The notes under the pieces were generated by a model, which ran no database searches, was not told where the DNA came from, and saw nothing but the letters and a program-made list of their open reading frames with translations. Both the position numbers and the translations under genes were made by a program. This document shows positions 49,946-61,103 of a DNA stretch of 64,000 bases, piece after piece. The number at the start of each line of letters is the position of its first letter. Positions within the stretch are counted from its first letter, which is position 1. The stretch is taken from contig JALZUD010000079.1 in assembly GCA_023301725.1 (NCBI GenBank), forward strand, positions 3,324 through 67,323, written 5' to 3'. Origin of the DNA: Granulosicoccus sp. Its GTDB lineage: Bacteria; Pseudomonadota; Gammaproteobacteria; Granulosicoccales; Granulosicoccaceae.

Positions 49946-50731
49946 GTGCCGGTGCTTAGCCGGGCAGGGTATCGTAACACCGTGAATAGACATCCCCGAA
50001 ACAACCAGCGAAAGCGTACCCAATCAGGCGCAACCGTGCCATCCCGAGGTCAAGGTCAAGTCCGTATCATTGGCGGCCAATGGCGCGGACGAAAGCTTGA
50101 GGTGGCTGATGTTGAGGGACTACGCCCTACTGGGGATCGAGTGCGAGAAACACTATTTAACTGGTTGCAAGCCGATATTGCCGGCGCACATTGCCTGGAT
50201 CTGTTTGCAGGCTCGGGTGCTCTTGGGTTTGAGTGTTTGTCGCGCTATGCAGCCAGCGTATCCTTCGTGGAGCCTGATTTCAGCGCGCAAAGTGCACTGG
50301 AAGGCGCGTGCCGATTGCTCAATGTGCAGCGAGGCGCTCAAGCCGCATGCGATATTGCCGAGCAAGAGGCTGATCAGGCTAGGGTGCATATTCACGCAGG
50401 CACGGCAGAGCACGCCTTGGCCCACTGGCGCTCGCAGCAAGTACTTCCGGAGTTCAATCTGATTTTTATTGATCCGCCCTTCGAGATGGGCTGCCAATGG
50501 TCTGTTCTGGAGGCCTTAGTGCCTGATTTTATGGCCGACAATGCGCTCATATATGTAGAAGCACCCTTTGATGCTGCCGATGCTGCTGATGAGCAAGGCC
50601 CATGGCCCAACGCCTGTTCACTGGTTCGCGAAAAACGCTTTGGGGATGTGCAAGCGCGACTGTTGCGATATCATGACTCCGATGTTGCCTTCGATCACGT
50701 GATTGACGCCAACAAAGGTGGGTCAAAGTGA
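49946..50731 (+). CDS. rsmD: 16S rRNA m2G966 methyltransferase
   Basis: [47 protein letters not shown]; start uncertain. Confidence 0.93.
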   Translation: MPVLSRAGYRNTVNRHPRNNQRKRTQSGATVPSRGQGQVRIIGGQWRGRKLEVADVEGLRPTGDRVRETLFNWLQADIAGAHCLDLFAGSGALGFECLSRYAASVSFVEPDFSAQSALEGACRLLNVQRGAQAACDIAEQEADQARVHIHAGTAEHALAHWRSQQVLPEFNLIFIDPPFEMGCQWSVLEALVPDFMADNALIYVEAPFDAADAADEQGPWPNACSLVREKRFGDVQARLLRYHDSDVAFDHVIDANKGGSK

Positions 50732-50810
50732 GTATTCTTCGCGTGTTTTGCATTGTAATATTTTAGCGATTGCCGCAGACTCTCAGTGTCGATTTAACAG
50801 GGACACCTGT

Positions 50811-51591
<781 letters not shown>

Positions 51592-51745
51592 TTCCATTGA
51601 CTGATTTATTCTCCTTTGGCACCTTGAAATTTGGCAGCGTTCTATCAAGCCTGACACCTTATTTTGAGTGATTCACTACATGGCATGCTCTGGCAAAATG
51701 GACGTATTAATTAATTTCGTATCGAGGCCTTAACCGCGTGGCCCA

Positions 51746-52561
51746 CTAGTGCTGACAATCAGGGCAATAGAATGTGGAGCGCTGCGCCAGCACGCGTTGC
51801 TTAATCGTTGTGCCGCATTGTTTGCAAGGATCGCCCTCTCGCCCATAGACCAACAACGACTGAGCAAAATAGCCCGGTTGGCCGTCGCTGTTTACGAAGT
51901 CACGCAGTGTTGTGCCGCCTTGTTCTATTGAACGTTGTAGCACCTCTTTAATCGTGATTACCAGCCGGTCGCATTCTTTGCGTGTAACGCGTTTTGCAGA
52001 ACGCGCTGGCCTGATAGCGCTCAAGAATAGCGACTCACTGGCGTAGATATTACCCACGCCCACAACGATCTGGCTGTTCATGATGAGATTCTTTATGGCT
52101 ACTTGCCGTTTGCGAGTTGCCTTGAATAGATAGTCTCCTGTGAAGTCATCAGACAATGGTTCAGGGCCCAGTTTAGCCAGCAAAGAATGTTCGGGTGCAT
52201 CGTTTGCTTGCCAAAGCAGGCAGCCAAAGCGTCTTGGGTCATGAAAACGCAAGGTGCTGCCATTGGCAACGACTATCTCCACGTGGTCGTGTTTTCTCCT
52301 AGGTTCGTTATCTGTACAAACGCGCAGGCTACCCGACATACCTAGATGAACTATTGCTGTGCCAGCTGCCACGCGAATAAGTAGATATTTGCCGCGACGC
52401 TCAAGGTTTGTCACCAGCGAGCCTTCTAATTGAAGAACCTCGTCGGGAATCGGCCAACGCAATCGCTTATCGTGGATACGAATGCCACTGATGCGTTGAT
52501 TGAGCAAATAAGGTTCAATGCCGCGCCGAGTGGTTTCTACTTCTGGCAATTCTGGCATCAA
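51746..52561 (-). CDS. mutM: Formamidopyrimidine-DNA glycosylase
   Basis: MPELPEVET, HLGMSG, DPRRFG, GVGNIYASE, C..C..C..C zinc finger. Confidence 0.97.
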   Translation of the reverse strand: MMPELPEVETTRRGIEPYLLNQRISGIRIHDKRLRWPIPDEVLQLEGSLVTNLERRGKYLLIRVAAGTAIVHLGMSGSLRVCTDNEPRRKHDHVEIVVANGSTLRFHDPRRFGCLLWQANDAPEHSLLAKLGPEPLSDDFTGDYLFKATRKRQVAIKNLIMNSQIVVGVGNIYASESLFLSAIRPARSAKRVTRKECDRLVITIKEVLQRSIEQGGTTLRDFVNSDGQPGYFAQSLLVYGREGDPCKQCGTTIKQRVLAQRSTFYCPDCQH

Positions 52562-52571
52562 ATAAATCGAC

Positions 52572-53351
52572 TTAGTTGGGCAAGCTGTCTGGAGAAATGA
52601 TGAAGGCGCAAGCAGAGCCGTTGTACTGCATGGCTATGTATTCGTCTGTGTTAAATACAGATATCAAGCTTTGTGTGCTGGTTACGTCGTCAGTGAGTAT
52701 AGAGAAAACCGCTTCAGCCGCATTGTCTTCTAGTGGCCATTTTACTATTTGCTGGGCACTAAGATCTTGCCAAAGCGCAAGCTCATTTGACTCCGCAATC
52801 GTTCTGACAGTTTGATTTTTTATAACAACAGTAAGAGAATTGAGAGCGTTGTTGAATACATTGAGATCTGCCAGCGCACTTACTCCACCATTGATCAAAG
52901 ACAAGGTCCACTCAGGAATAAACGCCACTTGATTGTTGTACTGCACGTACCGCCGCTCACCTTGCAAATCAGTGTTACCAAGTCGATATTCGATATCATC
53001 TATGATGATTATTGCTTGCGGGGATTCTAGTCCAGCAGCATTCAGGTCGACATCTTGAGAATCGTATTCATGTGCGCTGGGTGATAACACCTCAAGCAAA
53101 GGGCTAAGCCGTTGCTCATTGACTTGAACATTGCATGGCGAATTCATAGTCCAGGTCTCGTCCAATTTACTGAGTTGTATATCATCAAACCCTTTACGCT
53201 TGATTACGATACTACTTGCCTGATTATTTGCCCCTAAGGCATTCGGTTTTGATTGGCGTTCATTCCACAATATATAAGCCATAGCAAGCAGCAACACAGA
53301 GAATGTAGCGCTTAATATGAGAACCCAGCGTTGAACGATTTTTGAATGCAT
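52572..53351 (-). CDS. DUF4340-like membrane-anchored protein
   Basis: N-terminal TM, W.M.SP, L..AGLE.P, LGNT...RY; fourth gene of a Gld-like ABC operon. Confidence 0.7.
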   Translation of the reverse strand: MHSKIVQRWVLILSATFSVLLLAMAYILWNERQSKPNALGANNQASSIVIKRKGFDDIQLSKLDETWTMNSPCNVQVNEQRLSPLLEVLSPSAHEYDSQDVDLNAAGLESPQAIIIIDDIEYRLGNTDLQGERRYVQYNNQVAFIPEWTLSLINGGVSALADLNVFNNALNSLTVVIKNQTVRTIAESNELALWQDLSAQQIVKWPLEDNAAEAVFSILTDDVTSTQSLISVFNTDEYIAMQYNGSACAFIISPDSLPN

Positions 53352-53369
53352 GGTGTGTGGTCTTTGCGT

Positions 53370-54713
53370 CTACTTATCTCGTTTACGGCGCCAACGAACA
53401 ATGCCGGCTACCACGAGAAACAATAAGGGGAACGCCACCAGATACAGTACGCTTATGAATATGGCAGATCGGTTGCTGAGACTGAGCTGGCTATCTGGAG
53501 CGCGCTGGGTTACGAATTCCATCGAGTCAGCTTCGCCGATTAACCATAATACAAGTGATTCTGTAAAATGTTGATTGCCACCATTACCAACGAATTGTGA
53601 AGCTGCAAAGTCGGCATCGCCAATAACCGCGAAGCGCTGAGAACCTGTTTGCAATGCTCTTTCGATAGTCACTCCGAGCAGCAAAGGCCCTGAAATTTCA
53701 GAAGAGTCGGCATCAAATCTGATCTCTCCGCTTAATTGACCCGTCTCGGTCCAGCTCGCCTCAGGTGTCTGCAGTAGAGGCAGTATCTCTTGTCCAGCTT
53801 GAGGGGTGACTGCCAGAGCTGTTGCTTGTGGCATTAACACAGGGCTTGCTAATGTGCTGGTTATGGGGTGTGGCGTAAATCTGTCGAGTAATACAAAATC
53901 GGGTGAATCTGCGGCTAGCGCCTGGCTTGCGGTATCGACAACAGTGCCTGGTAGCGTGACCACGCCCAGCGTACTTGAGAGTAACGAAAAATCAGGGGCG
54001 TTTGAATTCTCTGAATCTTGTTCTATCAGCCACAGCAGATTTCCTCCGCCCTGTATGTAGTTATCGATACTTGCCAATTCACCGGGGAAATATTTTTTAG
54101 TGGGGGCGGCGATAACAACTAGGTCAACGTCATCATCGATGCTAGGCTCGCTCACCAAACTTTGCTCACGCGCAATCAGTCCAATATTGGCGAGTTGTTC
54201 GGCGATAATTGACCAATCATCGTTAGTGGGCTGAGACGGACTACGCTCTCCATGACCACTGATGAAAACAAGATGTTTTTCTCCGTCACGAGTCAATTGC
54301 TGCAGGCTATTGGCCAAACTGCGTTCAGAGAGATTTTGTAGGCGTTGTTCTCGTGTGGCCGTACGTAAAATTAATTCGCCGCCGGGAGCTGCATTTAACT
54401 CTCTGGCTTGAGCGGGATCAGTTTCAGGGTTTACAAAGCGCAGCGTAATGTCAGATTTGATATCTTGAAATTTTTCTACCAATGCCTCTATACCATCACG
54501 TTGTTGTGTATCAGGGGCAAGAACTGCAATGAGCTCCACGGGTGTGTACATGGATTGTAAGAGTGACAACGTTGTGCTGGATAGGGAGTGACGATTGTTG
54601 GCTGTGACATCAACCGACAGCGAAAGACGCTGGCTAAACCAACCTAATAAAATGCCAATGCTTACCACAAGCAATGCGGCTATGACATGCAGTTTTGATG
54701 AGTGTTTTTTCAT
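53370..54713 (-). CDS. GldG-family ABC auxiliary component
   Basis: DVT.N.RHSLS..T, F.SGHGE, DLVVIAAP, Y...GG.LL, VIGDADF, GN..F, C-terminal TM. Confidence 0.85.
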   Translation of the reverse strand: MKKHSSKLHVIAALLVVSIGILLGWFSQRLSLSVDVTANNRHSLSSTTLSLLQSMYTPVELIAVLAPDTQQRDGIEALVEKFQDIKSDITLRFVNPETDPAQARELNAAPGGELILRTATREQRLQNLSERSLANSLQQLTRDGEKHLVFISGHGERSPSQPTNDDWSIIAEQLANIGLIAREQSLVSEPSIDDDVDLVVIAAPTKKYFPGELASIDNYIQGGGNLLWLIEQDSENSNAPDFSLLSSTLGVVTLPGTVVDTASQALAADSPDFVLLDRFTPHPITSTLASPVLMPQATALAVTPQAGQEILPLLQTPEASWTETGQLSGEIRFDADSSEISGPLLLGVTIERALQTGSQRFAVIGDADFAASQFVGNGGNQHFTESLVLWLIGEADSMEFVTQRAPDSQLSLSNRSAIFISVLYLVAFPLLFLVVAGIVRWRRKRDK

Positions 54714-55465
54714 CAGTAGCCGGTTTGCTTCAGTAGATCTAGGCGCACTATCGTTAGCGCGAGAAAAACAGCGCTAAGTAACACGAAGTAGCCAACGTCA
54801 GCACTTTGCAAATAACCTTGGAAAAAGCCAGCAAGGTGATTTGCAAAGGATAGATTCTGGATAGCCTGTACGGGTAGGTTGCCAAAATTTGCGCTTTGTA
54901 ATAACCATAAGACAATGATGAGCGCAAAGCTTGCAATAATCGCTATGAGGCTATGCCGGGTAAGAGAAGAGAAAAACACGCCACAAGCAGTTGATGCCAA
55001 GGCACACAAAAGTAAGCCGATAGCTGATGTTATGACTACGGGTAAATCAACAGGTATGAACAACTGTAGTGATAGGAGCATTCCGCTAGCAAGTAAAACC
55101 AGCACCAGCATAAAAAGGCTAAGCCCCAGATACTTGCCCAATACTAACGATGTGCTGGACACTGGTGAGGATTGCCAAAGTGCATAGGTGTGCTTTTGAT
55201 ACTCGTCACTGAATGTGCGCATGGCAAATAGTGGTGCTACAAAGGAGAATGCAAGCGCTAAAGGCTGCAGGTATCGGGTACTCATAAAGCCGGTTAGGCC
55301 AACAGGATAATCCTGCAATGCCAGTTGATCTTGCAGGCCGAGAAACGCTTCGAGCTGACGAAGGAATAGAAAGCCAAATAAAAGAGCCAACAGGGCGGTA
55401 ATTACCCACGTTTGTGCGCTTCTCACCAAGCCTCTGTACTCGTGACGAGCGATAATTCCAATCAT
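54713..55465 (-). CDS. GldF-like ABC permease
   Basis: P..AMR.FSDE, SPVS....VLGKY, G.FFSSLT, F.QG; six TM. Confidence 0.85.
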   Translation of the reverse strand: MIGIIARHEYRGLVRSAQTWVITALLALLFGFLFLRQLEAFLGLQDQLALQDYPVGLTGFMSTRYLQPLALAFSFVAPLFAMRTFSDEYQKHTYALWQSSPVSSTSLVLGKYLGLSLFMLVLVLLASGMLLSLQLFIPVDLPVVITSAIGLLLCALASTACGVFFSSLTRHSLIAIIASFALIIVLWLLQSANFGNLPVQAIQNLSFANHLAGFFQGYLQSADVGYFVLLSAVFLALTIVRLDLLKQTGY

Positions 55466-56220
55466 GAGATTGACCCACGAAATAGCTCTTCCAGATTGGC
55501 TCCATGGGTGGGTGTGTCGGCAACGAGCTTACCTTTGTGGATGATGGCAACACGATTGCAGATGGCTTGTGCCTCGGCGAGCAGATGCGTGGAGAGCACA
55601 ACAGCATGGTTTAGGGAGTACGCTTTAATCAGTGTGCGCATAGCATCAAGTTGTTGTGGGTCGAGGCCATTGCTTGGTTCATCGAGTAACAGCACATGGG
55701 GTTCGTGAATCATTGCTTGTGCTAGGCCCACTCGTTGCCTAAAGCCTTTGGACAAGTTGCCAATCAGTTTTTTATTCACCTCTTCAAGTGCACATTGCTC
55801 TGTCACAAGGGCTTGGTTACGGGCAAGTGAGGGCCCCCTGAGCCCACGTATTTGTCCGCATAGTCGGAGGTATTCGTGCACACGCATATCGTTGTACAGT
55901 GGTGGCTGGTCGGGTAGAAAACCAATATGAGCGCGTGCTTTGAGAGGGTGTTCTGCCATTGAGTAACCAGCAATGTTGACTGTGCCGCTGTCAGGTACCA
56001 GCATTCCGCATAGCATTCTTAACGTTGTAGATTTACCTGCGCCGTTGAGTCCTAACAACCCGAGCACATCGCCGCGATGCAGATGTAAAGACACATCGTC
56101 TACGGCTGTAGTTGCGCCAAGTGAACGGCATAAGTTGGCAGCGTTAAGCAGGCGAGTCTGATTTTCATCACCCGTGTGAGCGGCATCATCACTACTTGTT
56201 GATTGGGTTAGAAGAGGCAC
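55462..56220 (-). CDS. GldA-like ABC ATP-binding protein
   Basis: GLNGAGKST, LSKGFRQRVGLAQA, LLLDEP.NGLDP, STH. Confidence 0.92.
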   Translation of the reverse strand: MPLLTQSTSSDDAAHTGDENQTRLLNAANLCRSLGATTAVDDVSLHLHRGDVLGLLGLNGAGKSTTLRMLCGMLVPDSGTVNIAGYSMAEHPLKARAHIGFLPDQPPLYNDMRVHEYLRLCGQIRGLRGPSLARNQALVTEQCALEEVNKKLIGNLSKGFRQRVGLAQAMIHEPHVLLLDEPSNGLDPQQLDAMRTLIKAYSLNHAVVLSTHLLAEAQAICNRVAIIHKGKLVADTPTHGANLEELFRGSIS

Positions 56221-56348
56221 TTGGCGTCAATGATGGTGAAAATAGGAACGAACGGGCTAAGTATAGACCCGCGAAGCAGACATGCTTGAGTGTAACCCTG
56301 CAGGAAGAGCGCCATAAGCTAGAACCTGCGGCAGAAAAATACGCACAC

Positions 56349-56373
56349 AAAAAAGCCGGCATATAGCCGGCTT
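56349..56373 (-). terminator. Intrinsic terminator after rpmG
   Basis: GCCGGC-atata-GCCGGC with an A6 run that reads as a U-tract on the minus strand. Confidence 0.8.
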
Positions 56374-56411
56374 CGAGTCTTCTAGATGAAAGAAGTTCTC
56401 TTTTATGGTTT

Positions 56412-56567
56412 TTACTTAATTTTTGCTTCTTTGTACATGACGTGCTGTCGAACCACTGGGTCAAACTTTTTCATTTCAAGTTTGGACGTCATGGTGCGTT
56501 TGTTCTTCGATGTGGTGTAGAAATGTCCTGTACCAGCTGAAGATACGAGTTTGATCTTGTCTCTCAT
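56412..56567 (-). CDS. rpmG: 50S ribosomal protein L33 (Zn-independent type)
   Basis: Not in the ORF track; hand translation [51 protein letters not shown]. Confidence 0.97.
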   Translation of the reverse strand: MRDKIKLVSSAGTGHFYTTSKNKRTMTSKLEMKKFDPVVRQHVMYKEAKIK

Positions 56568-56674
56568 GGGAATCGGCCTCTAGAGGGTTGTGATTTTCGT
56601 TAGAACGAGCGGTGGACGGTTACCGTCTACCATTCATTGGAAAAGCCTCACTAAAAAAGCTGAGAAGGTTTGTT

Positions 56675-56911
56675 TTAAACCTTTTCGCCGCGCGAGCGTA
56701 GTTCTGAAAGGACTACATCTATGCCACGCTTGTCGATGATACGCATGCCGTTAGACGATACGCGGAGCGACACAAAACGCTTTTCAGCAGCTACCCAAAA
56801 ACGATGGGTGTGCAGATTTGGCAGAAAACGTCGGCGCGTACGATTTTTCGCGTGCGATACGTTGTTGCCTGACATTGGGCTTTTGCCGGTGACTTGGCAC
56901 ACTCTGGACAT
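56675..56911 (-). CDS. rpmB: 50S ribosomal protein L28
   Basis: [28 protein letters not shown]. Confidence 0.98.
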   Translation of the reverse strand: MSRVCQVTGKSPMSGNNVSHAKNRTRRRFLPNLHTHRFWVAAEKRFVSLRVSSNGMRIIDKRGIDVVLSELRSRGEKV

Positions 56912-57041
56912 GAGATACTACTCCGAATTAGGACTTTCACAAAGCTTAGCCTGCGAAGTGTAGCGAATTTCTAGCCAACGCTCAAGTCATAAAGCGCTAG
57001 TATTTGCCAATTCCTGTTATTTAATCAATTTGAACTCCCCT

Positions 57042-57398
57042 ATGGACCGCATTTTTATTAGAAATCTGACCGTCGAGACCATTATTGGTATCTACGATCA
57101 CGAGCGGGTGACCCCACAACGCGTGGTGCTTGAGCTTGAAATGTCTGCTGACATTGCCAAGGCAGCAAGCTCTGATGACATCGAATCAACCCTGAACTAC
57201 AAGACATTGAGCGAAACACTGATCGAATTTCTGGAAAATAGCCGTTTTCTTCTCATCGAGACTATGGCGGAGCAGGTTACCCAGATTATTCGGCGGGATT
57301 TTGGCGTGCAGTGGGTGAAGCTAACGTTGCATAAGCCGGATGCTCTGCCAGGCGATATTGATGTGGGTGTCATTATCGAGCGAGGCCAGACCTCGTAA
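57042..57398 (+). CDS. folB: Dihydroneopterin aldolase
   Basis: MDRIFIRNL.V..IIGIYD.ER, LNY, LIET.AE, KP.A..VGV.IER. Start set at ATG 57042. Confidence 0.94.
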   Translation: MDRIFIRNLTVETIIGIYDHERVTPQRVVLELEMSADIAKAASSDDIESTLNYKTLSETLIEFLENSRFLLIETMAEQVTQIIRRDFGVQWVKLTLHKPDALPGDIDVGVIIERGQTS

Positions 57399-57475
57399 CG
57401 TTAGCAGATTCGCCTAGCTAGCCATAAGCTTATAGGGGCAGAGGCCTATCATGAACCCATCGTCAACCCTGAAGA

Positions 57476-58660
57476 GTGCCAGTATCCATGCAAGCGCCTG
57501 AACTGCCAGAACCCGATGCGTTTGCCAAGGCGCACAGTGAACAACTCACTGGCGTACTTAAAAAACACATCGACGCCAGTGATGGTGTTATCTCTTTTGC
57601 CGATTACATGCACAAAGTGTTGTACGAGCCGGGGCTTGGATATTACATGGCAGGTGCCGCAAAGTTTGGGGCTGAGGGCGACTTCATAACCGCACCGGAA
57701 GTATCGCCATTATTTGGGGCAAGCATGGCGGTGCAGATTGGCGAGATACTCGAATCATTGCCTGAGGGTGGCTGTGTGCTTGAATTGGGTGCAGGCAGTG
57801 GCAAACTAGCGCAGAGTCTGTTGAACAATCTGGCGTGTGGCGCCGATTTTCGCTATTTCATCCTCGAACCAAGCGCAGAGTTACAGCAACGTCAGCGTGA
57901 GGTGCTCAAGGCGAACCTATCCGAGCGATTGTTCTCCTGTGTGCAGTGGCTGCATGAGCTACCCTCGGACTTCAAAGGCGTTATCGTTGCCAATGAGGTG
58001 ATGGATGCGCTAGCGGTAGAACGTTTCTCGGTGGGAGATAATGGGCTGCAACAAGTGTGTGTGTCCGCTAGCCTGCAAGAAATCGTACGGCCAGCTAATA
58101 AGGACTTAAACACAGCTGTCGCCGCGCTTGAGCACGACATAGGCGAGTCTCTGGCGCAGGGATATACATCGGAGTATTGCGCTTTGTTATCGCCCTGGAT
58201 ACAAGCATTGGCGACATCACTCGACAGCGGCGTGTTGTTACTTGTCGATTACGGTTACCCGCGACGAGAGTATTATTCTGACGAACGGCACGATGGCACG
58301 CTGTCTTGTTATTACAGGCATCGTGTGCATAACAACCCGTACTATTTGCCTGGCTTGCAGGACATCACAGCACATGTCGATTTCACAGCAGTGGTGGAAG
58401 CAGGAATTGCCAGTGGGCTGGAGTTACTGGGTTATGCTGCCCAGTCGGCATTTTTACTGGATAATGAGTTGCTGTCGTTGGCCGAGACTCATGGCGCGAG
58501 TTGCGTCAGTGAGGTAGATCACCTACTGATAATGAAACAAGTAAAGACGCTGACACTTCCAGGCGAGATGGGTGAGAGGTTCCAGGTAATGGCTCTTGGC
58601 AAACATTACGAGTTGCCGTTACGAGGCTTTCGTACGCAAGATCTCAGCTATCGTTTGTAG
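57476..58660 (+). CDS. SAM-dependent methyltransferase, MidA/NDUFAF7 family
   Basis: ISFADYM..LY.P..GYY, GDFITAPEVS.LFG, LELGAG.G.LA, ANEV.DAL, DYG, QDITAHVDF, MGE.F.V. Confidence 0.9.
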   Translation: MPVSMQAPELPEPDAFAKAHSEQLTGVLKKHIDASDGVISFADYMHKVLYEPGLGYYMAGAAKFGAEGDFITAPEVSPLFGASMAVQIGEILESLPEGGCVLELGAGSGKLAQSLLNNLACGADFRYFILEPSAELQQRQREVLKANLSERLFSCVQWLHELPSDFKGVIVANEVMDALAVERFSVGDNGLQQVCVSASLQEIVRPANKDLNTAVAALEHDIGESLAQGYTSEYCALLSPWIQALATSLDSGVLLLVDYGYPRREYYSDERHDGTLSCYYRHRVHNNPYYLPGLQDITAHVDFTAVVEAGIASGLELLGYAAQSAFLLDNELLSLAETHGASCVSEVDHLLIMKQVKTLTLPGEMGERFQVMALGKHYELPLRGFRTQDLSYRL

Positions 58661-58845
58661 TTCGCTGTGGTCGTGCGCTTTTGCCACTCTGCTCCTTAAT
58701 GTCCGTTTGTCATTCTTTTTATTCTCACTTTCCTTTGTAATTAATTGAAAATCACGGTTAGTAATTTGCCCTACGCAAAGTCATTGGCATCATCCTTGTT
58801 GCTCAGTCACACGACCCTCAGAATTTCACAGACCCAATATCACTT

Positions 58846-59643
58846 ATGGAACTTTCCCACATTATCTGGCTGGCCCTTGTTCAGGGGCTTACAGAGTTTT
58901 TGCCAGTATCGAGTTCAGCGCACCTGATTCTCGTACCCAGCCTGCTCAATTGGCCTGATCAAGGTCTAGCGTTTGATGTAGCGGTGCACTTGGGAACTCT
59001 GGTGGCTGTTGTGGCCTATTTTCGTCGCGACATTGTGACTTTGTTTTTTTCCTGGGTTAAATCTATGAAACCCAATGGCATGAGTCCGGAGGGGCGCTTG
59101 GCTTGGGGCATCATCCTAGGAACCATCCCGGCGGGATTAGTAGGTTTGGCGTTCAAGGACTATATCGAGATTTATTTGCGTTCACCTCTGGTTATTGCCG
59201 CCACCACCATTATTTTCGGTTTGTTATTGTGGTTTGCTGACATGCGCAGCAAGCTGGTTCGTAATGAGTACACGTTGAGTTGGCAGGACTTTCTGGTCAT
59301 TGGTTGCGCGCAGGCAGTGGCGTTGATTCCGGGCACATCGCGCTCCGGAATAACCATTACAGCTGGTTTGTTAATGGGTCTTACCCGTGAGGCCTCTGCG
59401 CGGTTCTCGTTCCTGCTGTCTATCCCCATTATTGTTTTGTCAGGTTTGAGCGTCACCAAGGACTTGGTGTCTAGCGCCACGGCGGTAGAATGGAACACAT
59501 TGCTCATCGGAACCATTATTGCCGCCATCAGCGCGTTTATCTGCATCCACTTCTTTCTGGCATTCATCAACAGGATAGGTATGGTGCCGTTTGTGATTTA
59601 CCGCTGGATACTCGGTTGCGTGTTGTTGTACGTTTTTTTGTAA
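58846..59643 (+). CDS. uppP: Undecaprenyl-diphosphate phosphatase
   Basis: [40 protein letters not shown]. Confidence 0.97.
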   Translation: MELSHIIWLALVQGLTEFLPVSSSAHLILVPSLLNWPDQGLAFDVAVHLGTLVAVVAYFRRDIVTLFFSWVKSMKPNGMSPEGRLAWGIILGTIPAGLVGLAFKDYIEIYLRSPLVIAATTIIFGLLLWFADMRSKLVRNEYTLSWQDFLVIGCAQAVALIPGTSRSGITITAGLLMGLTREASARFSFLLSIPIIVLSGLSVTKDLVSSATAVEWNTLLIGTIIAAISAFICIHFFLAFINRIGMVPFVIYRWILGCVLLYVFL

Positions 59644-59656
59644 ACCGTTAAATTCG

Positions 59657-60046
59657 CTACAGCGGCACTTGAAGCTCGAAGGTTTTGCCGCCAAGCCCGT
59701 GCACGGAGTCATTCGCGCGCAACGTAATAGTGGTGATGCCCTCGGGTATGGTTAGCGTGACAGAACGAGTGAACGGTTGTTCATTGACATGTGGGTGAGC
59801 AAGTTCTCTTGCGCCGAGTAGCGTGCCGTCTGGTGTCAGTACATCCCAGCGATCTGCATAGTGGTCCCAGCCGGTATCTGCATGAGACACAGTGGCGTTG
59901 ATCTGAAAACGACCGCCTCCAAGTGCTGTGATCGTGCCGCCAACAACATCGGCCTCTCCTGCAAAGGCTGCAGTAAGTGGAAAGCTATTTGCCATAAGCA
60001 GTGCGCAAACGATGCGCAATGGTTTGGTGTTAAATCGTTTTAGCAT
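59657..60046 (-). CDS. Secreted conserved hypothetical protein
   Basis: Signal peptide (..AAFA/GEA), HADTGWDHYADRW, LAHPHVNEQPFTRS, ANDSVHG. Confidence 0.75.
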   Translation of the reverse strand: MLKRFNTKPLRIVCALLMANSFPLTAAFAGEADVVGGTITALGGGRFQINATVSHADTGWDHYADRWDVLTPDGTLLGARELAHPHVNEQPFTRSVTLTIPEGITTITLRANDSVHGLGGKTFELQVPL

Positions 60047-60168
60047 AGTGCTGTTCTCAATGGCTCGTCGATAGTATAATCATACCTTAGGCCTTGCGTT
60101 GAGCACCGCATGCCTCACGCCGCGCTGAGCGTAGAGAATTTGTCATTTGTTTACCGAAGATCGACGCC

Positions 60169-60528
60169 ATGCCAATGAATCCGCCACCCCCCGTTTTAAC
60201 GCGAAATATCGGCGGAAACCCCCGTATCGTGGGACCGGTTCTGCAATTCTCCCTGTTCATTGTCCCCATCGTAATGAATTGTTTCTACATGGTCTATGCG
60301 CTTGCAGGATGGGTTGTTGAGGGGCGAGACAAAATGACCTGGTCGCTAGAGGCGCCAACGGTTGCGTTCTGGGTAGCTACGAGCCTGTTGGCTTACAGCC
60401 TGCTCGTGTTAGCGTACGTTCGCTGGCGCGGTGCGAACTGGTGGCACCCCTTGTCTGTTTCCAGCGTAGCGCACAGTGTGGTTGCACTGGCATTAACAGC
60501 GTCTATTTTCATCACCGTAAAGCTCTAG
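60169..60528 (+). CDS. Hypothetical three-TM membrane protein
   Basis: 119-aa ORF filling the gap between genes, with three hydrophobic segments; no family recognised. Confidence 0.6.
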   Translation: MPMNPPPPVLTRNIGGNPRIVGPVLQFSLFIVPIVMNCFYMVYALAGWVVEGRDKMTWSLEAPTVAFWVATSLLAYSLLVLAYVRWRGANWWHPLSVSSVAHSVVALALTASIFITVKL

Positions 60529-60563
60529 GTTGCTGACTTTTTCTGGTAAATTTTCTATGCGTT

Positions 60564-61103
60564 GTGCTGTCCTGCACTCCGGCAATGCACAGCTTTCAAG
60601 GTTTGCAACTTTTGGCCGATATTCCCCCAAGTCGCCCCATTTTAATGCCCATGACCCAGCACCCTGAATCACTGTTTGACTTTAAAGCCCGTGGGCTTTT
60701 TACAGCCAGCCATCTGCGCTATCGCAGACTCTGGTTTGCCGTGGGCGTGTTAATGGTGTTGGCTGTTCTTGCGTTGTCAATTATGTCTCTTCCAGCGCCG
60801 GTGGAGAAGTTGATGGTGCAAGATAAACTGTTGCACACCATAGCTTACGCGGGTCTGATGGGCTGGTTTTCGCAAATTTTCAGGCATGATCTAACACGCC
60901 TTATTCTGGTTGTTGGCCTCATTTGTATGGGCATTGGCGTTGAGTTTATTCAAGGTAGCACTGCCCATCGAAATTTTGATGTACTCGATATGGTCGCCAA
61001 CACGTCGGGTGTCGTTCTAGCCTGGGCGCTTGCCTATACTTGGGTTGGCAATGTACTTCCTTGGTTAGAAGGATCAGTGAGTCGAGTCTTGCAGAGGGTT
61101 TGA
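60564..61103 (+). CDS. VanZ-family protein
   Basis: QDKLLH..AY, G..VE..Q, R.FD..D..AN..G; true start probably near 60645-60651. Confidence 0.8.
   Translation: MLSCTPAMHSFQGLQLLADIPPSRPILMPMTQHPESLFDFKARGLFTASHLRYRRLWFAVGVLMVLAVLALSIMSLPAPVEKLMVQDKLLHTIAYAGLMGWFSQIFRHDLTRLILVVGLICMGIGVEFIQGSTAHRNFDVLDMVANTSGVVLAWALAYTWVGNVLPWLEGSVSRVLQRV

Noticed and set aside
58619-58687. 22-codon minus-strand ORF (GTG start, AAGGAG 4 nt upstream) antisense to the MidA-like 3' end
   Set aside because: Short RBS spacing, no recognisable features; likely a by-product of a pyrimidine-rich spacer.
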